Below, piece after piece: positions 20,052-28,642 of a stretch of 60,288 bases of DNA (the stretch's first letter is position 1; every line of letters starts with the position of its first letter). Position numbers and translations under genes: made by a program. Source of the DNA: a virus (lineage: Duplodnaviria > Caudoviricetes); IMG/VR virus record IMGVR_UViG_3300050021_000294, positions 1-60,288 of that record; one strand, written 5' to 3'. The notes under the pieces are model-generated. The model saw only the letters and a list, made by a program, of their open reading frames with translations. It was not told the origin of the DNA and did not search any database.

Positions 20052-21659
20052 ATGGCTGTCAAATCACCTGATGCCGATATGAACATTCACCAGGCTACTT
20101 CTGGTGCTGAAACACAGAATGCTCCTGGCTATGCCATGAACACCTCCGGCGATAATCCGAACTTGTTCTCACTGATGAACAAGCTTGGTGTCGGCCAGAC
20201 GCTCGGTGTTGATATTGAGAAATACATCGAATCAGTCAAAGCCTGTTTCCAGAAAGATTCCAACAATCAGGTCATTGGCCAGATCGCCATTAAACGGTTG
20301 TCTGAACCCAATGGTGCTCATGCATTCATTTCCGGCGATGCTGTCATCATTCTGATGTTCGATGCCATGCTGCCGCATGACATGACGAATTTCATTCCAT
20401 CCAGCGACTATGGTTCGCGTGCGTTTGCGGCATTCAAGCGTGAGATTGCTCCAACAGCACGTTTGCTGCATGTCATTCTGATCCAGCCTGAGGATTATAC
20501 CCGCGCTCAGCAGATTGCCAGCTATATTCAGCTGAATCTCGCCATCGCCACCAACAGCTACGGTTCTGCAGAAAGCAACATCGCGCTGTTGAGCGGTCTG
20601 CAATATACCGTAGATCCCAATGTCGAAACGGCTCGTCAGTTCATCGAGCAGTACAGTCCCCACGCCGTGCAGCCGCGTATTGATATCGGCTTCACCGTCT
20701 ATGCCAAGACGCCTCGCCAGCCTGGTCGTCAGCTGGCACTTGAGGAATCGCGAGCCATCGCCGCCGTTGGTGCTTATGTGGAAATCTGGTTGCCGGAGAA
20801 CCAGAACTTCAACACTGGTCGTCCGAAGTATGCCGCAACCGTGCATATCACCAATATCACAGCAACTCTGCCGATTCCCGGCCTCATTCCGATGTGCATG
20901 GCTATCGCTGCCGACCAGTTCATCCAACAGGGCCGCTGGCTGCAGCCGTTCATGTCCTTTCAGAAGGGAAAAGTCAACCTCGGTAACTTGGACTTCGATC
21001 CGAACGATGCAAAGAAGTTGTGGTTTGCTCCTACCCCAGATGCTCTCTACAAGTGGGTTGGTGCCAACATGTATGTGCGGCCATGCTTGGCTGTCGATGT
21101 TGAAGAAGGCCAGTGCCGCATTCCTGCACTTGCGAACTATGGCGATATCGAATACACCAATGCAGTCTATGACCAGATCACCGCATTCTTTGGCCCGCTG
21201 CCACTGAATCGTTCTATTCCGCCGTTCACCATTATGGCACAGACGTTCTGTGGTCAGTATGGCGATCAGCGGAACACTGGTCGTCTGATGGATAGTCGGG
21301 ATATCGACTATCTGCAGCTGCTTGCTGCTGGTTCGCAGGATCCAAGTGCCCGACTGCTGTTGCAGTATAGCTCGGATCCAACACTGCGTGCTCGGGTGAT
21401 CTCTGAACGCACTGGTGGTACATTCAAGTCGTTGTATCGGACACGGATCTCCATCATCAATCCAGACATTCTCACGATGCTTGCTGGTGAGATCAAGAAG
21501 AAGGTGTCCATCGACGGTTCGTCGCAGAACAACCAGATCCTCAACACGCCATGGCTGAATGATATGATGGCTCAGTATCAGAACGCCAGCTTCAATACCT
21601 CAGCGCCACTCTCGCAGGCTGGCTATAACAACTATGGCAGTATGCGTTATGGCGTCTAA
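20052..21659 (+). CDS. chmA: putative chimallin (major phage-nucleus shell protein)
   Basis: Upstream of the nvRNAP beta' N-terminal gene, as in phiKZ (gp54-gp55); own early promoter; strong C-ending codon bias of a highly expressed gene; disordered N-terminus and Tyr/Gly-rich C-tail. Call rests on synteny, not alignment. Confidence 0.68.
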   Translation: MAVKSPDADMNIHQATSGAETQNAPGYAMNTSGDNPNLFSLMNKLGVGQTLGVDIEKYIESVKACFQKDSNNQVIGQIAIKRLSEPNGAHAFISGDAVIILMFDAMLPHDMTNFIPSSDYGSRAFAAFKREIAPTARLLHVILIQPEDYTRAQQIASYIQLNLAIATNSYGSAESNIALLSGLQYTVDPNVETARQFIEQYSPHAVQPRIDIGFTVYAKTPRQPGRQLALEESRAIAAVGAYVEIWLPENQNFNTGRPKYAATVHITNITATLPIPGLIPMCMAIAADQFIQQGRWLQPFMSFQKGKVNLGNLDFDPNDAKKLWFAPTPDALYKWVGANMYVRPCLAVDVEEGQCRIPALANYGDIEYTNAVYDQITAFFGPLPLNRSIPPFTIMAQTFCGQYGDQRNTGRLMDSRDIDYLQLLAAGSQDPSARLLLQYSSDPTLRARVISERTGGTFKSLYRTRISIINPDILTMLAGEIKKKVSIDGSSQNNQILNTPWLNDMMAQYQNASFNTSAPLSQAGYNNYGSMRYGV

Positions 21660-21662
21660 CGA

Positions 21663-21779
21663 AGTTAACCGAGATCTACTTAGATCTCGCTCGAGCTCAC
21701 AATCAAAGATTGTGAAGTTAACCACGATCTAAGTAGATCGTGTTCGAGCTTATCTGATCTTTGATCAGATAAGGTTAAC
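21663..21779. repeat. GATC-rich double-hairpin repeat, copies 2 and 3 in tandem
   Basis: GTTAAC-[CGAGATCT..AGATCTCG]-CTCGAGC-[TCACAATC AAA GATTGTGA]-AGTTAAC-[CACGATCT AAGT AGATCGTG]-TTCGAGC-[TTATCTGATC TTT GATCAGATAA]-GGTTAAC. Confidence 0.88.
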
Positions 21780-21795
21780 TGACTATCGGCTAACA

Positions 21796-21831
21796 CAACT
21801 AGCGTTATGGGTTACACCATAACGCTAGTTG
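21796..21831. terminator. hairpin terminator after the putative chimallin gene
   Basis: CAACTAGCGTTATGG-GTTACA-CCATAACGCTAGTTG. Confidence 0.7.
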
Positions 21832-21875
21832 GGCTACCGTATCATCAATGCATACAAACAAATTGAGATCCCTCC

Positions 21876-22214
21876 ATGTCAGATAAAGAAACACCTCCTA
21901 CATTTCACTGGCTGTTGGCAGAACTTGGTGTTCAGACAACAGATATCTTTGATGTTCGTGGAGCATCTAGTTTGGTATATTCCATCATCAAACGGGATGG
22001 TGTTATCCTCGAACAACGTCATGAAATCATCGCGGGTGAACTATATCCGCTGTTTCCCGGTAGCCTCTCTATCGAGAAATGCGAATCTATTATGTCGAGA
22101 CTGTTGGATTCCAATTGGTCGATGACGGATGTTGCAAAATTTGTGGATGTGCCCCAGTCAGCAGTGCGTCGGTTTTTAACAAAAAATATACTGGGAAAAA
22201 TGCCTCCGGTGTAA
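21876..22214 (+). CDS. small protein with C-terminal helix-turn-helix
   Basis: WSMTDVAKFVDVPQSAVRRFL is a typical HTH pattern. Confidence 0.65.
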   Translation: MSDKETPPTFHWLLAELGVQTTDIFDVRGASSLVYSIIKRDGVILEQRHEIIAGELYPLFPGSLSIEKCESIMSRLLDSNWSMTDVAKFVDVPQSAVRRFLTKNILGKMPPV

Positions 22215-22549
22215 TTTATAACCACCATCTACCATATTGTGGAAGAAGCAATACCAGCATTTCTTGATTTTTACTCAATTAATTGAGTGGAATGAAAAAT
22301 GGGTGCTACTTCAAATAAACATGCGCCCATTCTTGCAATGGCCATGTGTCGTTAACAGAATTCTCCATAAGGTTACTTGGCCGCATCCGGAAGGTGGTGT
22401 TGTGGAGAGTGCCCATAGAGAGTAATCGGGAGGCCCGCGTGTTTAATCACGAAATCCTTGAGACGATCTTGGGTGAAGTGCGTGCAGGTAATAGTGAAAT
22501 AAAGTCACTAAAACTTGAAGTGTGTTCAATCAGACAGGAGCTACACGTT

Positions 22550-22900
22550 ATGAGTGAATCTGTTGCCCAGGCCCAAGCCGATCTTCTCGCCAAGGTCACC
22601 ACGCTCTCTGGTGATGTTCAGCTGCTCGCTATCGGCGTTTCCAGCGCTCTCACGGGGTTTGCTTCTCTCACTTCGCAGGTCGCAACTCTGACTACCGAAC
22701 TTGCGGCAGCTCAGGCAGCCGGTAACACCATCGACGTGAGCGCCACACTCGCCTCGCTTTCTGCCATCGACGCCACCGTCAACGATGTCGTGGCATCCAT
22801 CAATACAACCTTGGCTCCGGTCGCCACCACTCCGGCACCAACTCCTGCTCCGACCGACGCTCCGGTGGCTGTCGATCCGACTTCGGCACCAGCCGCCTGA
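22550..22900 (+). CDS. Ala/Thr-rich coiled-coil protein with Pro-Thr tail
   Basis: AGGAG RBS before ATG 22550 (alternative in-frame GTG 22439 with GGAGG); high-expression codon bias. Confidence 0.7.
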   Translation: MSESVAQAQADLLAKVTTLSGDVQLLAIGVSSALTGFASLTSQVATLTTELAAAQAAGNTIDVSATLASLSAIDATVNDVVASINTTLAPVATTPAPTPAPTDAPVAVDPTSAPAA

Positions 22901-22936
22901 TCATTCAGGAAGCTCGCTAACGCACTATCCTGTTAG

Positions 22937-22970
22937 GAGCGATGATGTGCCAATTGGCACATCATCGCTC
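22937..22970. terminator. 34-bp perfect palindrome/terminator
   Basis: GAGCGATGATGTGCCAATTGGCACATCATCGCTC. Confidence 0.7.
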
Positions 22971-23001
22971 TTTACACTCCAACAATCTGGAGGATAATGA
23001 T

Positions 23002-24492
23002 TTGGATAACGATCCTATCATACCACCTCACCATGTGTTCATCGATAACTATCTCAATCTCATTGATCTTGATGCGATGTTTGCTAAATCACCAGACGCC
23101 ATCATTCTGAATAAGATTGATGCTTCTGCACCAGACTATGTGAAGTTGCGTAACAGTCGAGTGTTTGCCAGAGCTGGTGCTCTTAATTTCATTGCTCATT
23201 GTGATTGTGGTACCATTTCTGGTAATCTTAACATCGGTCAAGAATGTTCACTTTGTAAGACCAAATGCACTCTCGATTTCAGTTCTTCTGAACAACTCGA
23301 ACATAACACTTGGTTTAGTATTCCATCAGTACTTCCTGGAATATTACATCCAATTGCTTATATTGTATTATCTAATTGGTTATCACGAAAAAGCAGTATC
23401 GATTGGACACCGAGGAATGGTGCCACGAACTATCTCGATATTATTATTGATGCCAGTGAGGATTTGCCGCCAGAACTCCATGGTATCGTATTGGGACGCG
23501 GACATGCCTATCTCTATGAGAATTTCGATGAATTGATGTCGCAATTCTTGAACTATTTCCGCAATGTCAACAAAAAGCCGGCTTCTGCTAAGAAGAACAA
23601 TGCTGATTATATCGAACAGTTTGTTCTCAACTATCGAAGTGTAATATTCTGTACAAAACTACCAGTCATGTCAAATGTGCTACATTCGATTACCTCGTCG
23701 GATGGTGGAGCCAAGAGTCGACAGTATGCGGATGTCAGTCTTCAAGTCATCATGGATGCTGCAACTGATTTGCGACATGTTGAAGAAACCACGGTGCGAA
23801 CTCGACCAAGAGCCGTATCTGAGATCGTTCATCGGATCTATAAGACGTATATTACTTATATCGTCGATATCGCCAAGACACGATTGAGTAGTAAGAACTC
23901 TTTGATTCGCGGACACATACTTGGAACTCGGTTGCATTTCTCCTTGAGAACTGTGATCATTCCCCATATGGATCGCTATGATGAACTTTATTTTCCTTGG
24001 GGGGTCACAGTCAATCTGCTTAAGTTACATATCGTTGGTCGTCTCGTGCGCCAGCATGGGTTATCTATCGGCGAAGCCATGAATCGTCATGTTAAGTCAC
24101 TGTTGTGTCATGATCCAATGATTGATCGGGTCATGAAAGATCTGATAAATGAATGTAAACCAGATTTCCCAGGCCTTCCTATCCTTTTCGGACGAAACCC
24201 GAGCTTGCGTCGTGGGGCGATGTCTTTATTCTATATGACCAGAGTTAAACCAGAGCTTGAAGATAAGACTATCAATATTTCGACTTTGACGATCGGCGCT
24301 CCAAATGCAGATTTCGATGGTGACGCCATGAATGGTATTCTGCTGACCGAGATGGATGCGGCCCGTGCCTATCATGTGTTGCATCCATCCCAGCGCATTC
24401 GATCAACCAATGAAAGTTCCATCAGCACAGATATCACACTCCCAAAACAGAGCCTTGCCGTTCTAAACAACTTCCTCCAATTAGTCGACTGA
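23002..24492 (+). CDS. rpoC: non-virion RNA polymerase beta' N-terminal subunit (phiKZ gp55-like)
   Basis: Zn-finger CDC..CSLC, RGHILGTRLHFSLRTVI, GRNPSL and catalytic NADFDGD; GGAGG RBS before TTG 23002. Confidence 0.92.
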   Translation: MDNDPIIPPHHVFIDNYLNLIDLDAMFAKSPDAIILNKIDASAPDYVKLRNSRVFARAGALNFIAHCDCGTISGNLNIGQECSLCKTKCTLDFSSSEQLEHNTWFSIPSVLPGILHPIAYIVLSNWLSRKSSIDWTPRNGATNYLDIIIDASEDLPPELHGIVLGRGHAYLYENFDELMSQFLNYFRNVNKKPASAKKNNADYIEQFVLNYRSVIFCTKLPVMSNVLHSITSSDGGAKSRQYADVSLQVIMDAATDLRHVEETTVRTRPRAVSEIVHRIYKTYITYIVDIAKTRLSSKNSLIRGHILGTRLHFSLRTVIIPHMDRYDELYFPWGVTVNLLKLHIVGRLVRQHGLSIGEAMNRHVKSLLCHDPMIDRVMKDLINECKPDFPGLPILFGRNPSLRRGAMSLFYMTRVKPELEDKTINISTLTIGAPNADFDGDAMNGILLTEMDAARAYHVLHPSQRIRSTNESSISTDITLPKQSLAVLNNFLQLVD

Positions 24493-24555
24493 ATATAAGT
24501 GGGGTGTTGTAATGACATCCCATCTATTCTTCTCATCTGTTAAAGGAACAAATCT

Positions 24556-24978
24556 ATGACATATCGTATCTCACGGAGCCCCGAAAGTACTATGTGTTTG
24601 TGGGATGAGCGTGAAGTTATCCCATCGGATCATACCAATGTCCGTGAAGCAACAGAAGACGAAGTTGCCCGAATCAAAGCTGCAATGACTCTGAGGTATC
24701 TATTACTCAACGAGCCGCTTGGTTACATTGCAGTAACAACCGATACAGACATCTATCTGGTTGGACCCTTTGAGTCCTATGATGCAGCAGCAGAATATCC
24801 TGCTAAGGTAGATGTTACAACATTGGTTGGTGACGATGACTGGAAATGTGTCACTCTCACCAATACATTCGGTCTTCGTATCGTAACGCCTCCCGATCCC
24901 AAAACACTCCAGGCAGCTCTTCTGGAAACCGCGTCTATTCTTTACTGCCATGACAACACAAAAGGAATTGACACCTGA
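24556..24978 (+). CDS. hypothetical protein
   Basis: AAGGA RBS; first of a run of small co-oriented ORFs. Confidence 0.65.
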   Translation: MTYRISRSPESTMCLWDEREVIPSDHTNVREATEDEVARIKAAMTLRYLLLNEPLGYIAVTTDTDIYLVGPFESYDAAAEYPAKVDVTTLVGDDDWKCVTLTNTFGLRIVTPPDPKTLQAALLETASILYCHDNTKGIDT

Positions 24979-25126
24979 CGATGCTTTTCTGATCAGTGAA
25001 GAAGCAGCCGCACGGATGGCAAAGACTGATAACATTGAATGCAAGGTCACTGTTCGATATGATGCGAAGGGCATTCCCCCAGCATCTATCTATCCAGATG
25101 ACTACAATAACAATCCTGTAAAGTAA
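24950..25126 (+). CDS. small hypothetical protein (58 aa, absent from the ORF track)
   Basis: ATG 24950 reads MTTQKELTPDDAFLISEEAAARM... to TAA 25126 and fills the gap before a hairpin. Confidence 0.45.
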   Translation: MTTQKELTPDDAFLISEEAAARMAKTDNIECKVTVRYDAKGIPPASIYPDDYNNNPVK

Positions 25127-25195
25127 ACGTCACTACCATAAGTCATGTGGGTGGGGTCATTCCCACCCATATTTCACCAAAATGGAGAATCTAAA

Positions 25196-25567
25196 ATGGC
25201 AATACGTGATCCAAAAGACCTTCGTCTCTCTGGTGGTAATGGTTATGTCGAGACATTTATCGCCGATACTTTGACCAGAAATCCCGATCGTGAACAATGC
25301 ATTCAACTTGTGGCATGTGTTATGTCGGCACTTGCCAACCATCTACAAACAGATGAAATTGAGTTGATGACAAGAGTTGCCAATATCAGCAGTGAACCTC
25401 CTCACACTACCGAATATTCGGCATTTAAAACATCAATTGCGCATCTGTTAAATACAGCAGCCCGACAGACAAATGCCCTGTTTGTCGATTTGAATGATCG
25501 TGTCAAACAACTCGAAATCTCCAAGTCTAAGAAAAAGAAGAAGAAATCTGATGGAAAAAAGTCTTAA
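25196..25567 (+). CDS. hypothetical protein with Lys-rich tail
   Basis: GGAG RBS before ATG; ends KSKKKKKKSDGKKS. Confidence 0.6.
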   Translation: MAIRDPKDLRLSGGNGYVETFIADTLTRNPDREQCIQLVACVMSALANHLQTDEIELMTRVANISSEPPHTTEYSAFKTSIAHLLNTAARQTNALFVDLNDRVKQLEISKSKKKKKKSDGKKS

Positions 25568-25626
25568 CGCTTTAAAAAGTATTACTCCAGAAAGCGGAAT
25601 CTGCTAAAAAAGAATATCTGGAAGCA

Positions 25627-25902
25627 ATGTCTACTTCTGAACAGTTGGGGGTAGACATTGTTTTAAATGCACTAACCGAACAAGACTTTTTGATGTTTGA
25701 CGCACATATTCTCAAACTCAAAACACTCATCGCCGATGGTGAAAAAGCCTGGATCGATATGAAGAATGCTGAAGCTGTTATGTTGAAGTCACTCGATGCT
25801 TATGTGGAAGGCGCACTGCCAGAAGAACGTGAAGCCATGCATGTCAAGAAAAATGAATTTCTCAGATCACTCGGTGCCGGTCCTCCCGAAAATCTCAATT
25901 GA
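25627..25902 (+). CDS. hypothetical protein
   Basis: Co-oriented small ORF in the operon. Confidence 0.55.
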   Translation: MSTSEQLGVDIVLNALTEQDFLMFDAHILKLKTLIADGEKAWIDMKNAEAVMLKSLDAYVEGALPEEREAMHVKKNEFLRSLGAGPPENLN

Positions 25903-25912
25903 GGAAATTATC

Positions 25913-26230
25913 ATGCCCCTGAATACCGCATGGCAAGAGCGATTAAAGCTTCATCTAGAAGGAGATCAACTCCAGGCTAAAGGTGGTAAATTCAACGTTG
26001 AACGAGATCAGATCTATGCTGAGGCAAACGCTCTGTGGGTAGAAGCTATTTATAAAACAAATGGCAACACTACACGAGATTGGAAAAAGCGGGGTGGTGT
26101 TTGGGATTGTTACCTAGCAAGTGGTGAGATCTTTCTGGGTGATGAACCTATGATAGAAGTTCATGGAGCAATTGAAAAAGTGTCTGAAGATTCTTCATAT
26201 CCCAGATATGATCGAAGTTGGTTATGGTAA
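25913..26230 (+). CDS. hypothetical protein
   Basis: GAGG RBS before ATG 25913; degenerate EGD.L.A.G..L repeats. Confidence 0.55.
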   Translation: MPLNTAWQERLKLHLEGDQLQAKGGKFNVERDQIYAEANALWVEAIYKTNGNTTRDWKKRGGVWDCYLASGEIFLGDEPMIEVHGAIEKVSEDSSYPRYDRSWLW

Positions 26231-26280
26231 ACTAAACAGTTAGACTAGATCCGTTCAATCCAATAACAGGAATTCTTCCA

Positions 26281-26490
26281 ATGAAAAACCCAACTTCACA
26301 CGAACCGAAAAATATTAGTATCACATTCACAGATTCTATTAAACACGTCCTTGGTATAACGATTGATTTGGATGAAAAATGTTGGGATCTGGCAAATCGT
26401 ATATTCGAAGTTTCCAAACAGCTTCAAGTGCCAGAATCTGTCATACTGACAAAAGTCGGTGAAATATTGACTACCGGTCAAACAAAATAA
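26281..26490 (+). CDS. hypothetical protein
   Basis: AGGA RBS; small ORF. Confidence 0.5.
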   Translation: MKNPTSHEPKNISITFTDSIKHVLGITIDLDEKCWDLANRIFEVSKQLQVPESVILTKVGEILTTGQTK

Positions 26491-26545
26491 CAGTTAGACA
26501 AAAGTATAACTGGGCTACAACGAACCAAAAAGAGAGATAACGTCC

Positions 26546-26998
26546 ATGTTGAATGCAGCGATTACTTCACTTGATGCGAATTGGCATTATCTCATTGCGA
26601 TTCCACAATCGCGAGTTGATCTTATTGCCCATTATCCCACTGCTACAATTGCAGCAGAAGGTACAATTGAGCTGATCAATCCAAATCCATTTGTCATTCT
26701 CAGAAATGCTATTTACAATTCAAATGAAGAAATCTGGTGTTATCGAAATTCAACTGGAGTCGATGTGGCTATTCCAGACAATTGTCAACCACTGGCATGG
26801 CGTCCCGCGCACATCCGTCAAGATGCTGCAGCACGTATTGTCGATATCAAACGCATGATCAAATTTCTTAATTTTGTAGGAGTTATACAAGATCCAGTTC
26901 AAATCACATCACTCATTATAGAGAAGGCTATTGTTCAGGATCATGTAGTTCCTAAATATATCGATTCGATCAAAGATATTATCCTAGCTGTATATTAA
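26546..26998 (+). CDS. hypothetical protein
   Basis: Co-oriented ORF. Confidence 0.55.
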   Translation: MLNAAITSLDANWHYLIAIPQSRVDLIAHYPTATIAAEGTIELINPNPFVILRNAIYNSNEEIWCYRNSTGVDVAIPDNCQPLAWRPAHIRQDAAARIVDIKRMIKFLNFVGVIQDPVQITSLIIEKAIVQDHVVPKYIDSIKDIILAVY

Positions 26999-27011
26999 AA
27001 GGAATGTTGTT

Positions 27012-27374
27012 ATGCCACAGATAGAAGATCCCGAACAATTAACTGAAGTTGTAGATATTGAAACCGACGCGATCGAGTGCAGTGTGCGCACTCGTGGTGC
27101 CTGGAATACAACAGTCAGTGTCCCCATTGATCCTGATCCAACCAACAATTCCAGAGCTGAAGGTTTCTTTGGATACGATCCTCGGAAAATTCAGAATTCT
27201 ATTACAGTCGTCGATGACGTGTTTGTCGGTGGCCATGCTGTTGTGTTCGGAGACAAATTTCCAATGCCTATGGGTCGCAATTATATTGTCGATTATAGAT
27301 TTTCCGATAATTACAAAAAGAAGCGAAATGCTCAGAGAAAAGCTCGTGCCATCACTCGTAAACATCGGAAATAA
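27012..27374 (+). CDS. hypothetical protein with basic C-terminus
   Basis: AAGGA RBS; ends KKKRNAQRKARAITRKHRK. Confidence 0.6.
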   Translation: MPQIEDPEQLTEVVDIETDAIECSVRTRGAWNTTVSVPIDPDPTNNSRAEGFFGYDPRKIQNSITVVDDVFVGGHAVVFGDKFPMPMGRNYIVDYRFSDNYKKKRNAQRKARAITRKHRK

Positions 27375-27411
27375 AATATGATATTTTTAACTCAACATTA
27401 AGGAATTTATC

Positions 27412-27729
27412 ATGGTCAACATAACCACCATATCAGATGATAGAATCAGTAGTCCTGGAGAAATCACTGATGCTATCGTAGATTTATTTAATACCCATCT
27501 GAATACAAGGATCAATGCTGTTGGGGTGGAGATGAATCTACCCTATCTCGTCGTCATTGGCGATGGAATGAATATATATTACACCACGAATAAGGAGTCG
27601 GACACTCCGGGATTCTACGTTCACGCTTTGGCTGGACTCATACAGACTATAGCCAAACAATTTGACGTACCCAACAATATTATCGTAGAACAAGTCATGT
27701 TAAAATTAGACAATACAAAATCAATTTAA
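27412..27729 (+). CDS. hypothetical protein
   Basis: AAGGA RBS. Confidence 0.55.
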   Translation: MVNITTISDDRISSPGEITDAIVDLFNTHLNTRINAVGVEMNLPYLVVIGDGMNIYYTTNKESDTPGFYVHALAGLIQTIAKQFDVPNNIIVEQVMLKLDNTKSI

Positions 27730-27753
27730 TCAGTCAATATCTCTACCGCATTT

Positions 27754-27767
27754 TAGATATATATTAT
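27754..27767 (+). promoter_or_regulatory. early promoter motif
   Basis: TAGATATATATTAT. Confidence 0.65.
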
Positions 27768-27813
27768 TTATTTGTATCTGTAACACCATTATTCAAAGAA
27801 AGGATACAACAGT

Positions 27814-27977
27814 ATGCTTACAGCACGCGTCTATCGTTTGTATCCTTCTGGGGAACAACGAGTTCAACTAGCCCAACACTTCGGTTGCTGCTCGGTGAGG
27901 GCTCTTTGTAAGTCAACCAGACTATCGGTTGCAGTCCCTATGAAACGAGAAACATCAGAAATGATGTGGTACATTCA
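27814..27977 (+). mobile_element. tnpB: internally deleted IS200/IS605 tnpB relic: N-terminal codons fused to an omegaRNA-like right end (copy 1)
   Basis: MLTARVYRLYPSGEQRVQLAQHFGC matches the TnpB N-terminal (YRLYP..EQ...L..HFGC) pattern; followed by CTCG..GTAAG..GCAG..TGAAACGAGAA-hairpin-..TTCA, typical of TnpB right ends. Confidence 0.8.
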
Positions 27978-28042
27978 AATGTACTACTTGGTAGAAGACT
28001 ATTTTCAACCACCACCTTATACACCCAATAGGAGTACTTTCC

Positions 28043-28642
28043 ATGCAGTTATCGAGCCCATTCTCCGTGGGAAGTGTCAGTGCTGGTGCCCTTCTTGGTA
28101 CAACAGGTACTGCCGATCTTGTCCGTTCGATCAATGAATCACTTGGCGGCTCTGGACTCATTTCTACTGTAAGCAGTGCTGCAAGCAAGGGTCGCAATCT
28201 GTTCATCGAAAACGTACTTCGTCCTATCCAACGAGGTCGGGCTGAAGTGATGCAGCGGGTTAATATTCTGATGAATCCCGATGTCATCAGGCCCCTTATT
28301 GCCGATGCTGATTTTGCAGCAATTCCTCCATGCATGTATGAAGCTATCGTCATGTATCCGCCAGTTCGGAAATTGCTTGAACAAGGACGCATTTCTGGAT
28401 TTGGCTTTGATCCCGACTGGCTTCCAAAAGAAGACACCTTTGGTAGATTGATTGCTAATGGAACATGTGAAGAAATACCAGATGTAGATGGTAAGCGTTG
28501 GATGACCTGGGAATGGCACAGCGGCGATCCGAAAGTTAGTGAAAGTGATCTGGATGCTATTGAAATTACCAGACAGAACATCGAACGACTCATTAACACA
28601 ACACGTATCGATCCAACTGATTTTCCAAATGACCGGGGGTAG
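28043..28642 (+). CDS. conserved phiKZ-like core-block protein
   Basis: AIPPCMYEAIVMYPPVRKL..QGRISGF and C-terminal IDPTD resemble a family in this block of phiKZ-like phages. Confidence 0.6.
   Translation: MQLSSPFSVGSVSAGALLGTTGTADLVRSINESLGGSGLISTVSSAASKGRNLFIENVLRPIQRGRAEVMQRVNILMNPDVIRPLIADADFAAIPPCMYEAIVMYPPVRKLLEQGRISGFGFDPDWLPKEDTFGRLIANGTCEEIPDVDGKRWMTWEWHSGDPKVSESDLDAIEITRQNIERLINTTRIDPTDFPNDRG

Noticed and set aside
20232-20927. Long antisense ORFs (also 27955-28662, 33909-34604, 9540-10046)
   Set aside because: Shadow frames of codon-biased or repetitive sense genes; no RBS or protein-like motifs
21663-21779. CRISPR mini-array
   Set aside because: The variable parts are themselves palindromes and recur at 1656-1716; no unique spacers and no cas genes
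23002-24492. Group I intron or intein in the RNAP subunits, as in phiKZ
   Set aside because: The beta' N-terminal and beta C-terminal ORFs are continuous, with no homing endonuclease or intein motifs
27814-28137. 107-aa ORF as a functional transposase or nuclease
   Set aside because: Only the first ~25 residues are TnpB-like; the rest translates the RNA scaffold and overlaps the next gene out of frame
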